Origin: Lingula anatina
Lineage: Eukaryota; Animalia; Brachiopoda
Direction: 5' to 3'
DNA length: 64,000 nucleotides
Assembly (NCBI GenBank): GCA_051362555.1
Contig: CM120644.1
Location: 7,138,954-7,202,953, forward strand
Shown here piece after piece: positions 51,354-64,000 of this stretch (position 1 is its first letter; every line of letters starts with the position of its first letter). The notes beneath the pieces are model-generated. The model did no database searches, was not told where the DNA came from, and saw only the letters and a program-made list of their open reading frames with translations. The position numbers and the translations under genes are program-made.

Positions 51354-51602
51354 CTGCGTCAGCTTTAATCAAATATGTTGTTTTTGATCGTCTGTATGGG
51401 AACAATACTATGAACTTTACAAATGTAGCTAACCTGCATGCGTAAAACGTCACGAGCACACAAAATGATGACGTTTCTGCGTAATGTACACTGACGACGG
51501 TGACGTAGTATACAAGCGGTTGGAAAGTTCGCCTTCGGGACTTTCTGAAATTTTGGAGAAGTTCGCAAGTTGCAACTTTTAAAAGCGGTGTATAAGCTTG
51601 CC
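51354..51602. promoter_or_regulatory. Putative bidirectional promoter, ZMYND11 (-) and FTCD (+)
   Basis: CpG-rich island with clustered TGACG/CGTCA motifs (about 51448-51506). A minus-strand donor CAG|GTGAGT at 51354/51353 could end a non-coding ZMYND11 exon that splices to the acceptor at 46129. The FTCD ATG is at 51603. Confidence 0.6.
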
Positions 51603-53318
51603 ATGGCACGCATCGTAGAGTGCGTTCCCAATTTCTCGGAGGGACGGCAAAAAGAGGTAAGGACATGCTGAAAATACCGTGTAAAACCAATGTTTGCTTC
51701 CCGTCTCACCGCATTGAAAATGCAATTTACCAATGACTCATATCAAACAACCAACCACCTGTCAAACTCAAAAGGTGGACAGCAATTTTAAGCGCCAGTT
51801 ATGGCATCCAGTTTATGATCCAGGTGAAATAATAACCATGTAAATTGTGCATTTTTGAAACAGAAACAATATTTTCATATTAAAAAAAAATAATGCAAAA
51901 TTCATAAAACTAAACCCAAACTAAGGCAGGTATATTGACTTCTATTTTTTTTTTACACTGTTCATGATATGCCCCCTATATATTTTATCTGATCAAAATG
52001 TGTCAATTTCCCTTACGCTATAGGTGATAGAAGCCATTGCCAATGCCATAGCCAGCACTGAGGGCTGTAGTTTACTGGATGTGGACCCTGGGCCTTCCAC
52101 TAATCGCACTGGTACAGGAATGAAATATTTTGTCTTTTATTTTAATGCCTGTTGCAAAATAAAGGACAAAATAGAAATAAATATTTATAGTATATTTTAT
52201 TTAATTATTTATCTACATGTATTTATTAAATTGTTAAAAAAAGAGATAAAGATTTATCCACCATTTATCAAGAGTAGACACACCTATATGCTTTTAAAGA
52301 CATTGAATATTAATTATTAAAATAACTAATTTAATTAAATTTATTTAAAAGTAAGAGGTTGCAAGTTGTAGAATTGGTCAGATTGTCCATTGCATGCTGA
52401 GTAATGAGAGCTGAATAGAATTGAAAATGTGGATATAATATTCCAGTGTACACATTTGTTGGTGGCCCTGATGCTGTTATTGAAGGAGCACTGAATGCTG
52501 CTAGAGTGGCATATCAACTGATTGATATGAGGAGACATAGTGGTAAGGATTTATTTCTTTCTTTATTTTTTTTAATTATTTTGAAATAATGATTTTAAAG
52601 ATGCTTTTTTCTTTCTCTGTTTGAGCTTGTTAATTTATTTTTTCTCAGTAAACCAATATGACAGACACTGATCATTTATTATTTTTTAATTTTTTTCATT
52701 TATCACCAGTTAAGAGAGTGGAAAGCTTTTGTTTTTTAAATTACAAATTGCATCTTAATTCAATTTTTAGACTATCCAGATTTGGTGATAATATTGCTAT
52801 AATAATAATAGTTGACACCATAAGACTAGACTAAGTGCAACTTACATAATAACCTTTATCACTGTCTTTTCCTTATCAACTATTGAAATAAAATATTTAT
52901 GGCATTGCAATTTCGTAATTTCCTTCGGCATTTCCCTTGGAAATTCAGGTGAACACCCACGTATGGGAGCTCTGGATGTCTGCCCCTTCATCCCAGTGAG
53001 AGGAGTCTCCATGGATGACTGCATAGGGTGTGCCAGGGAATTTGGGGAGAGACTGGCGGCAGAGCTCAATGTACCTGGTGAGACTTGTTTTTGGTAACTT
53101 TTGACAACATGCAAACAAACCATAAATGTTTTATAATAAATGAAATCAGTTATATTGAAATAATAGTAGAGAGAAGCTGGTCGATGAGACAAGATTTTAC
53201 TCACGAGTTACAAGGTAACTTTAATTTTAATTCTTTTAATTTTAGCATTCATGTTAAAGGTATGTATGGTTGTCCAGTAATGATTGTTAGACTAATAGAA
53301 ACTACCTTGTTTGTTCTT

Positions 53319-53367
<49 letters not shown>

Positions 53368-56300
53368 ATCTTCTAGTTTACCTGTACAATGAGGCTGCAA
53401 CAGAGGAGCACAGAAAGACATTGCCTCAGATCAGAGCTGGGGAATACGAAGGATTAGAGGAAAAGGTACTGCGGAATAATGATTTTCAAAAAGAAAAATG
53501 CAAAAACAAATAAACATGCATCTAATCAGAAGCGTAAAAGGTGTCAAAAAAAAAAAAAAAGAAGAGGAGAATTATTGTGATGAATTCAAAGATTAATCAT
53601 ATGCTCTAAACTTTGGTGTTTCAAAATTTGGCATGTAATCACATAACTTTTTTTAATTATTTATTTATTTATTTATTATTTTTTTTTTTTAATGAGCATT
53701 GTTTTTATGTACTAGATATTTGTCGACATTTCACCTCTGCCAAGGAGCTCATATGTTTGCCTTTTAGTTGTGGACAGATTTTGATGAAATTTTCAGGATA
53801 CAGTAAGGTAGAAATTAATTAATAATGAAAATTGAGTTGCATTGGCAGGTGTCCCGGTCTCTGAGTATTTTTCTAGTATTATGATATATACTGTTGTGTA
53901 TCTCTTCTTATTAGTACATCATTCAAACCCAACATGTTAGATAACATATAATTTCCTTTATTTCATAAGCTCATATCCCCAGACTGGATCCCTGACTTTG
54001 GCCCTTCTGAGTTCATTCCGTCCTGGGGTGCCACGGCAACAGGAGCTAGGAAGTTCCTCATTGCATACAATGTGAACCTGTTGGCAACCAAGGAGCAAGC
54101 TCACAGGATTGCCCTCAATATACGTGAGCAGGGAAGAGGGAAAGATGAGGTAGTATCTCATGGCATGCACTTATGACTTATTGGATAAAAAAAAAATCAT
54201 GGAGTTGGACTTTCTTTCTTTCATCTGTGTTGCTTCCACGTGAGTACCTGAAAATGGTATTGAAGTAAATCCTATCTTTCTGCCATTTCATATAATTTGT
54301 TTCATATTGGATTTGATGAGATCTTCTCTTTCTGAAGTTTGTTTGTCTTGCTTAAAGGTACATACGAACTGAGCATCGGTGGAGTGTGGATACCCAGTAA
54401 TATATGTAAACCACTTCTACTAGTTTCTTATACGACTCAAATAAATTTGACATGCCAAGGGATAAACTGAATAGATCACTCAATCAGCCATAAAAGAGCT
54501 TTAGACTGCTCCTTTCTTTAAATTTTTGGTCGGAAATTTAACCTACTTTCGTGACCTACTTTTCTGCCCCATTGACATACAGCATAGAATGCTAGCAGAA
54601 AAATCCATTCAAACATCATTTTTGGGTAAAATTAAACAATGCCTTTTGGTAATTCTCTTAGTTATACCACTTGAAACTATATGCTGGCATTTGGTTGGTT
54701 TTTGTGACAAAAAATTGACTTTGTATGCATCTTTAAGGTAAGGCCATATGTTATTGTCCACTTGTACATGTAGATGGAGACCAGTATTGTCCAGATATAA
54801 CATGCCAAATAAGTGTTCCTGATTCTGTCTTCTATGAAATTTTAGAATTATTTTGATTTCTACAGCCTGGGCGTCTACCCAAGGTCCAGGCCATAGGTTG
54901 GTACCTAGATGAGGCTAATATTGCTCAGATCTCCATGAACCTGACTGACCATGAGGTGACCCCTATACACCAAGCTTATGAGGAAAGCTGCAAGGATGCT
55001 CAGGTAAGGGGAACATTGAACCCAGTCTCCTCCTCTCCCCCCCCCCCCCCTTTTGCCCCTTCCCCTCCTTCCCCTTCCCACTGTGTAAAAATTGGAGGCA
55101 GTTACAAGCTTTAACTTTTAGTGGGTGTTATTAAATTAAATTTGCATTTTGTGGTGGGAAGTTCAATAAGACCTTATACAGGTACTAGGATGTGGTACTT
55201 TTTTATTTAAGATTTAAAGAAAAAAGTTCATATTTTTAATCAGTTGCTTCATTTTCATTTGATATATATATATACCTCAGTCTTATTTTTGATGTAAATC
55301 ATTTATATATTTTCTTTTTTTTTGTATTTTGTTTATTTGTTTATTTATTTATTCATTTACTTTTATTATTATTGTCATTATAATTATCTCCCTGCTAGGA
55401 ATTAAACATAGCAGTGGTGGGGTCTCAGATAGTGGGTCTGGTCCCCCTGAGGGCCATGCTGCAGGCGGCAGACTATTACTGTGAGAAGGAAGGGTTATTT
55501 CTGCTGGAGGAGGATCAGAAGATCAGACTAGTGTGTATTTATTGTTAGAATTTATTGTTATAAGTTTGTTTTGCTGTATTCTGTTCAGTGATTTTTATAA
55601 TTTATTGAAACTCTTTACAAAATGTGATTTTAGAACAGGTTTGGTGTAAGTCTCTTGATACTGTGCATCTTATTTCTTGAATAGAAATGAGAGCTTATGG
55701 TTACAGTCATTTTCTTTCATTTTATTTTCTTTCAAAAATACTTTTATTTTAATTTCAGATTTGTTTGCATTTTCTTTAATTCCTTTGTTTCAGGTCATTA
55801 ATCGTCTAGGTTTGAGTTCCCTTGGTGGTTTCAATCCCAAGGAAAGAATTATAGAGTGAGTTGTACATAGTACACTATCATTTCATGCCCACTACCGGTG
55901 TATTGCTGTGCAATCAAAAGCACTTGCTAACAAGTTCAGTGCATTTTTGCTCTGCCAAGTAAACTGACAGTCATAACCACCAAAATTAACCTTTCTTTAT
56001 GTTACTATTCAATTATGGTCATTATAACTGTTATCCCTTTTGCTTAGTGGTGGGAAATAGTTTGTTCTGTGCCCTGTCAGCACCACCTTCATAGCTAGTG
56101 TGAATATATCTAACACAATTAAACCAACACTATCAAATCTAACACAATCACAATAACACTGTCACATCTAACACAATTGCACCAACACTGTCACATGATT
56201 CATTTGAGTCATATCTAACACAACAGCACCAGTTTGTCACACCTAACACAATGATACCAACACACACATCTAGCTAAGCAGCCTCTCTTACTCCAGCACC

Positions 56301-59300
56301 AACACAGCCACATCCAACAGTGATTTCAGAATGAATTTCCCTCAACAAAAAATCATTGCTGATCTCACCTTATATAGTTTTCTTATGTGTCTGATGAACA
56401 GAACTTGTGAAAAATCTCTCTTTCTCTCTCTCTGTCTCTCTCTCTATATATTGAATATTTCTTCTGTCCCAGATATATGATCTCAGAAGAAAGTGATGGC
56501 CCCCTGGTGAGCATGGATCTGCGTGAGTTTGTTTACACTGTAGGGGGCAGGTCTGCATGTCCTGGTGGAGGGTCTGTCTCTGCTCTCATTGCTTCACTGG
56601 TAAGGGGAAACTCCAATCAGTACTGCATGTCTTGTTTACATCATGCCATGTTTTTAACCATTGATTTTATTTTGGGCTAAACTCATGACCATTTTGTAAT
56701 TTTATTTAGAGTTTTTACCAAATTCATGTTAGCCCAGTGTCATGTAAAAATTGTAGTTTTTCTTTATTTAAGTATTAAATTCACTTACTCATGAGCAGTT
56801 CATTTGATGAATAAAACATAGTCACCATGGATATTAACAAGTTTTCAGGTTAAATAATTCACCATGGATATTAACAAGTTTTCAGGTTAAATAATTTATT
56901 TGAAATTTTATGTTTTTGAGAAACTCCTTTAAACACTGTACTGTGCAATATTTTAAACCTCAGGGGGCAGCTCTTGGCACCATGGTTGGCTTCCTGTCCT
57001 ATGGTAATAAGAAGTTTGCACATCTGGACAGCACCATGAGAAAACTGATCCCTCCCCTGTACCAAGGCATGAAGGAAATCTTGCCCTTTGTGGATGCAGA
57101 TGCTGCGGCCTTCAATCAGTATATGGTACATATCTCACTCATGTCTCAAAATTTGTCTTTCTTTTTAGAATTATAGACCTTTTTAAAATGTAAAAACTTT
57201 TGAAATGTCAAGTGAAAAATATTTATTTTACTTAGTTATTATTATTATTATTATTATTATTGTTCTTGTTTCTAGGAAATGACAAGAAAACATAACAAAA
57301 AAAATACAAATTTAGAAGAAATACTCTCTAGTTTTATTTGCTAAAGTTATTTCAGTATTTTTTCTACTTTTGCTTCTCATCAAGTCAACATTTCAGTTAT
57401 TCTGAACTATAAGCTGTTTATTTCAGATAGCCACCAAACTGCCTCACAACACTGAGGAGGATGCAGAAATGTAAGTTAATACACAAAATAAAAAAGACCT
57501 TTGAATTTGAGATGAATACTTAATACCATTTTTATCATTAAGATTAGGGGGTGAGGGACAAGAAGTAATATTACAGCTACATGCTTGAAAGTGTGGGGCC
57601 TTATGCGCCTGGAGCACTTGGCTGAAGTCAAGAAGCATGGCTGTATGTCCATTTTGCCCTCTGGAAGGAGCCAAGCTAAAAATAATCGAACTATTTGATA
57701 TTTCAGCCGTACAGCAGCTATGAGACAGGCATTGATGATGGCAATCAGAGTTCCTATGACAGTTCTCAAGGCCATTAATAAACTGTGGCCTACTTTGTCT
57801 GAGCTGGCCAAGGTTGGGAATCTGAACTGCAAGTCTGATCTGCAGGTAAATGTGCCTTTGGCAGATAAAACTTCAACTGGGACAGTTGTCAAGACTGGGG
57901 GTCTTGACTGCCATATAATTTTTTTTTCTTTTTATTGTCTGAAAATAATTTTTGTCGTGATTAATCTCAGAGATGTTAAAGATAATGAACATTTTACATT
58001 ACAGATGGTTTTGTATTGAGTGTGATGTTATCTTCAAGGTACAGAGTAGGAGAGAGGTTATGTGTAGAAATACTAAAATTAAAGTACATAATATTCCAGG
58101 AATTAAAATAATGTATCCAACAGGACACGGTGATTCAACCCTGTTATCATTGTGCAGTTAAAGGTACACTCCATGGGTTTGAATATCCCCCAAAAGCTTA
58201 TTTTTGCCATCCACAGGTTCTTATAATATCTCACATTCACCTTAAAAATGATAAAACCCCTTGGGTATTTTTTTCTGGAGCCTACCTGATGTTGATATTT
58301 CCATTGGAGCTTATAAGAAAATTGTCACTGTTATAATGACTGGCCAGTCATTTTAAACAAAATTAACCTTTATAAATTTTATCAAAGGTCGAATTCAAGT
58401 GCAGTGAGGGATAAATAAATGATGCGTGAGTAATTATATTATAAGAGAAAATTGCTTATTTTCCTGAGAAAATCCATTTTGGCAGGTAAATTGCGTGGAG
58501 TGTGCCTTTAAGTAAAGAAACAATATATATTTTATAATGGACATTTTTCAGGTTGGAGCCAGAAGTCTTGAGACTGGTGCATGGGGAGCATACTACAATG
58601 TCATGACCAATCTCAAAGATGTCGAAGATGGGGAGCTGAAAACCAAGGTAGTAACTTTCTCCTTTGACAGGAGACACCATTTGCTAGGACTTCTGTGTTG
58701 TTCTTGTTGTTAGCGTCATGGATGTGAATGTGTTTGACATGGCTTTATTGAGAGTGATTGTGTTTGGTTTTATATTTCTGGGTGTAATTGTTTTAGGTAA
58801 GTGATCTCATTGGATGGGATTGTGTTGGTTGTGATTGTGTGGGTTATGATTTTCAGTTTTTTGTTTGATTTTATGGTTTTTGATGTGATTATGGTAAGTG
58901 TGTGTGTATATATATATATATTTATTTATTTATTTATTTATTTTTTTTTTAGTTGATTTGAGTCGAGTATGATTGAAGGTGTTGTTGAAGGTGAATGATG
59001 TCTTGTTGAGATTGTGTAGTTTGTGATTGTTTTGAGAGCTTATATTTTGTTACTATTTATCATTTGCTTTGTTTCTGGCAAAAATGTTAATTATCTCAGA
59101 CATACCATGATGTTGAAGCAGCATTTGAACTGGGTTTTAAAAGGTTTATAAGCAGGGATTTATATAAAAATGATGGTATAAGAATTGTTGATTGTCGTTA
59201 TTTGATTTTAATTAAAATGTCGATGTCTAATTTTGCTCAGGTCAATACTGAGGCAGATGAGGAACTGAAGCTGGCTCAAGCAGGTTGTGCTGAGGTGTTG

Positions 59301-59327
59301 GCCATCTTGGATGCCAGAAATGAGTAA
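51603..59327 (+). CDS. FTCD: Formimidoyltransferase-cyclodeaminase, 540 aa
   Basis: 15 exons: 51603-51656, 52024-52111, 52447-52542, 52949-53077, 53377-53465, 53970-54149, 54866-55003, 55399-55530, 55794-55855, 56473-56599, 56964-57125, 57427-57470, 57707-57845, 58552-58647, 59241-59327 (1623 nt). Signature peptides are [65 protein letters not shown] and [11 protein letters not shown]. Confidence 0.97.
53730..53878 (-). mobile_element. HINE-like element, copy 3 (FTCD intron 5)
   Basis: Has the subterminal motif TTCACCTCTGCCAAGGAG and GATTTTGATGAAATTTTCAGGATAC, and ends CTCTGAGTATTTTTCTAGT. Confidence 0.55.
56105..56320. repeat. Degenerate tandem repeat (TCTAACACAAT..CCAACACTGTCAC)
   Basis: Recurring CTAACACAA units, a reverse-complement relative of 46195-46590. 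Confidence 0.65.
56822..56896. repeat. Perfect 37-bp tandem duplication
   Basis: TCACCATGGATATTAACAAGTTTTCAGGTTAAATAAT occurs twice in FTCD intron 10. Confidence 0.95.
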
Positions 59328-60088
59328 AATAATGAACTTACATTGGACCAAACTACTGCAAGTACTTGCATGGATGTCATTTTGGGGCATGAAGTGTTTT
59401 CAGTGTGGTTTTTGAATCTGGATTGCATTTGGTTTTACATGGAATGCCATTATGTCACTAGTATCATTTACACCTGTATGAAAGATCTAATAATTTCGGT
59501 AATTATGAAGACACCCCTGTAACTGCATATAAATTGGGGAAACAGAAAAAGAAGAAAAAAAGAAACATTCCATTGGACTTAAACTTAAGCAAGTGACTTT
59601 CAAGAAAATGTATTTTTTCATTGTTAGTTTAATATATACATAAAAAGGGGAAGTTTAAACATAGTGAGTATTATTTGTTGTGCTCTTTTTTATTCGCTTT
59701 TTCTTTAAATTGAGAAGAGCATTTTGTGCAAATTGAATTTAATTGCACTGTATTTTATTTGCTCATTTTTCTTAGAAGTTTGGTAATTTCATCATCTTTG
59801 AATTTTTCCTCAGTCTGTAATTTGAAGATAATGAAATGAAAAAAAGCTTTATCCTTCACATTTTTTTGTTAGATTTCACATGCTGTCATCTGAACCACCC
59901 TGAGATTCAGAGTTTGATGGGAGCTTGCCTGTTACCAGGTATATCATCATACCTGGTGCAGGGTAATGCTGTAAGAGCGAGCACTGGGTAAAGGCACTAG
60001 TAATTTACCACTGAGTTCTGCATCTCAGGGTGTCAGTGTTTTGAATTTGATCCTTAGAGTTTGCTGTGAGGACTTTTTTTGTTTTATT

Positions 60089-60131
<43 letters not shown>

Positions 60132-61536
60132 TTGTGTGTTATTCATTGTGTGCTCATAGATTTGATGTTTCTTTTTTGTATATCAAGCTGTCTTTGTTAC
60201 CGGTACAATATAGCTGTGCATTATAATGTATATATGTATCGCATGTCATAGTGTAATGGCTATAGAAAACTAAGTCATGTGCCTGTTGACACATATCAGT
60301 AAAACACACAAGTCACATGTTCAGCAAAGCTGACAATGATATACTAGTGCGTTTTTAACGCTTTGATTAATTTTTGTAGCATCATGAGATTTGTTGTCTA
60401 GGTGGAGAAAATGTTTTGAGTTTTCAGCATTTAAACATATCTACATGTATTTGTTATGTCTTAAGGCTTGCTGAACACAATTGGAATGTTTTGTTTGCTT
60501 GCTACAAGATGTGTAGTGCATGTCAAGCACCATTTTATAAGCTTGGTGACATCATTTGGATGACTTTTTTTATGTTTTATTGTCAAGAGTTGCTAAAAAG
60601 GCTGTATAGATGTTTTTTCTTGAGAAGATAGTTTATAGGTCTGCACTTACATTATATTTACCCATATCAGTATTAGCAATGTACATGACAATATTTTCAG
60701 CTTTTGCTTTCAAATATTTTGAGTTTGTGTAAGTTGTAGCTGAGACTACAATTTTTTTCCTTTTTCCTTCCTTATATGAATGTTGTTTTTTTTTCTTTTT
60801 GCACGAATGGTGTGAATATATTTTTTTATGCTATGCTTATGGCCTTTTTACATTTGAGGCATTTACATATACATATACGTTTTTTTTTTACTGTTTTCAA
60901 TTGTTGCATTTTTTCTCCGTCATGATCCAGTGTTGCTATGTTGGATTGTTTTGAGTCTTTTAAATGCCAAAGATTTAGGCAGACATGGGAAACTGACTGT
61001 CCTGACCACTTGAAATGCCAGAGGACCAGCAAGGATTTTTATGTGAAAATACAATGCATAATGATAAATCACATGTAAACATAGACTTGCAAAAATTTGA
61101 AACATAATTCGGACCTGCACAGAATTTAGAGGGCCAGCAAATTTCTTGTCGTGCAAGTCCTCTGGACCGTCAGTATCACCAAAGTATTCCCCATGTCTGT
61201 TTAGGAATAAGTGCTACGCTCAAGTCATTTCAGTGCCGATTTTGTAGGCTGTCACAGTCATAATGAAAAGTGAATACAGATTAAACGTTTGCTTTTGCTC
61301 AAGTCTTGGCTTGTCTTACACAAAACGCCACTAGTCGAAAATCCAATGGACTTAAAATGATCTTATCGTGTTTGCAATTAACCTAAAAGACTGGCACTCT
61401 CCTCGGTTTTTACTGTTCTTACCTAAGCGGGTATAGCAAATTGCATTTGTCTTGATAATTACCCAGTACACTGTACCCTCATTGGTGAAGATGTAGTCAA
61501 TTTATGCATGCCAATACAGTAATTGAGGGCCATGCG

Positions 61537-62460
61537 ACGTTTGTTACAACCCACTTTGAAAAAATTTCGCAATTTGAAAAAAATTTTCAAATCGCGTCAA
61601 AAATGGGACAAAGTCAATGCGATTTGAAAAAATATTTCAAATTGCGTTAAAATCGTGGACAGACTCAACGCAATTTGAAAAAATATTTCAAACTGCCTTA
61701 ATTGGTGGACTGGGTCAACGCAGTTTGAAAAATTATTTCAAACTGCGTTAAGAACATACATTCATAAATTATTTCATTTTGCCTGAGGTTATGAATTCAG
61801 TTGACATGCTTATTATCAATTTATTTTCTTGAATGAATCTGTCGATTGCAAAAGGCAAGAAGAAATTTCGGAAAATGCAAAGGGAAAATGAAACTTGATA
61901 GGCCAAAATGAAGTGAAATTATTATAAATTGTTCCTTATTTTCAAGAATATTATGGGGAAGACCCCCAGACTGCTCGTTTCTATGAGGAGTTCTATTGTT
62001 GTTGATTTTTTGACAAGTACATTTTGCCAAAAAAACATTTTTGGGACCTAATTTCTTCTTCTTGTAAAAAGGGTCTCTAATTTTGGTTAAGAAGCGGGCC
62101 TTAGAGGGCTTTGAGCAACGGGCCCCTGGTTTGCTATTTATAGGCCTACAACTTCCCAGCAACCACATTTCTACCAAATAGGCCATTGTATATATAGGCC
62201 TATAGAAAGTCAGGTGATTAGGCATAGGCAGATACTCATCTTAACATTTTTCTCAAAATTTTTCAAAGTGTGTTAAAATGTGCCTGTTTGGCGCAATTTG
62301 AAATATTACATTTTTCTTTCAAATTGCGTTGAGTCTGTCCACGATTTTAACGCAATTTGAAATATTTTTTCACATCGCGTTGACTTTGTCCCATTTTTGA
62401 CGCGATTTGAAAATTTTTTTCAAATTGCGTAATTTTTTCAAAGTGGGTTGTAACAGACGT
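61537..62460. mobile_element. Foldback-type element with long modular inverted repeats
   Basis: Arms of about 145 bp or more are nearly perfectly complementary (ACGTTTGTTACAACCCACTTTGAAAAAATT... / ...AATTTTTTCAAAGTGGGTTGTAACAGACGT). They are built from units of about 51 bp, each holding the palindrome GC.ATTTGAAAAAATATTTCAAAT.GC. Confidence 0.88.
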
Positions 62461-62490
62461 TTTTAAACCAATCTTGGGTCAACTTATGAT

Positions 62491-64000
62491 CTAGTGCCAT
62501 GGTTTTGCACAAACACGTGCGCACGGCGCCAAGTACATGGGTCCCGGGGCTCCTACCAGATCTGGAAGCGCTTCTCCATCCGGAACACGGAAAGAGAACC
62601 CCTAAAGTAAGGCCGTAAAGACGAGAAACAACTCTTGCCGCGCAAGCACTTCTCCTGGGCAGGATCGTGGCCCTAGAAAGACAAAATACGATCCGCTATA
62701 TGTACATGCACTAGTAAATAAGTTGATATATTTACAGTACTTGCCTTGCTGCATGCTCTATATGTACCCCTGTAGTATACATGTACGTATGTCATATACC
62801 CCTGTAATACGAAATACCCGACAGCTTGGTATCACAGCTGTTCTGTATCAAAGTTATAAAACTAAAAAGTCACTCGATGCAGACCCTCACCAAGACAGCT
62901 CAGTTCTCATTTTTCTAGATAATTAATTAATTTCTGGCCTAAAAATTAAACCCGCCACCCCCCCCCCACCCCCCAACACTTACGATAAATACGGAAGTAG
63001 ACTTAACTGCATGAAAACGCTGTATGAAAATTATATTTCAAAATACAAATAAAAGTTTTATAAGCAAATATAAAGCAGAATGTTGAAATAAGGAGAACGC
63101 ATCCATACCCACAGAAAATGGAATAAACTGCTCGATTTTCTTTAATCTTCCACATTCGTCCAGAAATCTCTCGGGTTGGAATGCATGTGGGTTGCCCCAA
63201 AGTTCGTTGTTCATGAAGATGGACCAGTGATTTGCCAAAATGGTTGTTCCTTTGGGTATGAGGTGTCCATTGGCTGTGACGTCATTTGTGGCTTTGTGAG
63301 GTAGCGAAAACGGCGAGATGTAATTGCAACGCTGTATCTCCATTAATGTTGCACAGGTGAAGGGCAGTTTTGGCCTATCGGCAAGAGCAGGTCGACGTTC
63401 CTGTCCAACCATTTCGTCTATTTCTGCTTGGATTTTGGAAATGGCGTCTCGGTTGGACAATAAAAACAACATTCCCCATGTCATTGTAAGTGAAGTTGTC
63501 TCAGAACCGGCAAAATATAAGCTTCGACAGTTCGTTGCCGTGTCGTCTTCACTGAACAGCAACTGACAGTCCGGACCTCGCAAATTGGACTTGTGGAGAA
63601 AAGCGTCAGCAAGACCACGTGTTGCGTTTGCCCTGTAACCTGTTCTGTTGTGTGCCATCATCCGATTGAAATTATTTGCAAAGGTTCTCCATGCGTTTCT
63701 CCCGCGTTTGCATTGCGGTAAAAACCCGAGAAACGGAAAACAGTTTTCGATGGATGCTTGTGCGCTGAGATCGAGTGCGTTGTGGAAGGAGTCTATCAAA
63801 CCTATGAAATCTGGGTCGTCATAGTCCTGCCTTTTTCCAAACAAAATGGCACCTATTATGTTTGATGCCAGGGCACTTATTAGACAACTAAAGTCAAAAG
63901 GCTCACCGTTTTTGTCTTTTATATGTTGTACGAGAGCATCAATTTCCTTCTGAGTGTGAAACTCGATGTCGGCCTTTGACAGATACTTCATGGCGAATTC
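62491..64000 (-). CDS. Cytochrome P450, clan 2 (CYP2-like), 5' end outside the window; in-frame TAG in last exon (possible pseudogene or null allele)
   Basis: The exon from beyond 64000 to 63109 has I-helix AGSETT, K-helix EIQR and PERF. A phase-1 intron leads to last exon 62672-62491, completing the heme motif [11 protein letters not shown]. A TAG at 62604-62602 interrupts TALL*GFSF. Confidence 0.92.

Noticed and set aside
53961-53972. AAG acceptor at FTCD exon 6
   Set aside because: Uncommon but still a canonical AG, and the frame and homology are intact.
62602-62604. Selenocysteine or pyrrolysine recoding of the P450 stop
   Set aside because: The codon is UAG, not UGA, no SECIS was seen, and pyrrolysine is not known in animals.

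Overview
Eukaryotic, AT-rich, intron-containing DNA from an invertebrate animal. It looks lophotrochozoan (possibly mollusc), which is inferred from gene content, repeats and mosaic CpG depletion and is not proven. Reading GT-AG sites by hand gives seven protein-coding genes: a tandem-GNAT acetyltransferase (-, 4 exons, 310 aa), a C7orf78-like gene (-, 4 exons), an uncharacterised 610-aa coiled-coil protein (-), a GT10 alpha-1,3-fucosyltransferase (-, single coding exon), ZMYND11/BS69 (-, 14 exons, 667 aa) head-to-head with FTCD (+, 15 exons, 540 aa), and the 3' part of a clan-2 cytochrome P450 (-) with an in-frame TAG in its last exon. Introns and intergenic DNA hold a decayed RTE-type LINE, several MITE families, Helentron/HINE-like pieces, a foldback element and satellites. 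The most interesting unexplained signal is a pair of similar 9-nt microexon candidates (EDE and VDE) in ZMYND11 intron 2. Each has a UGC at -10, and the intron is dense in UGCAUG. Also notable are a decayed duplicate of the bromodomain exon, a tandem CRE+CArG module, a multibranch hairpin downstream of FTCD, and enriched TAGGCCTA/TACATGTA palindromes that resemble transposon excision footprints. No rRNA, tRNA or CRISPR was seen. Family names come from recalled motifs, and all counts were made by eye.
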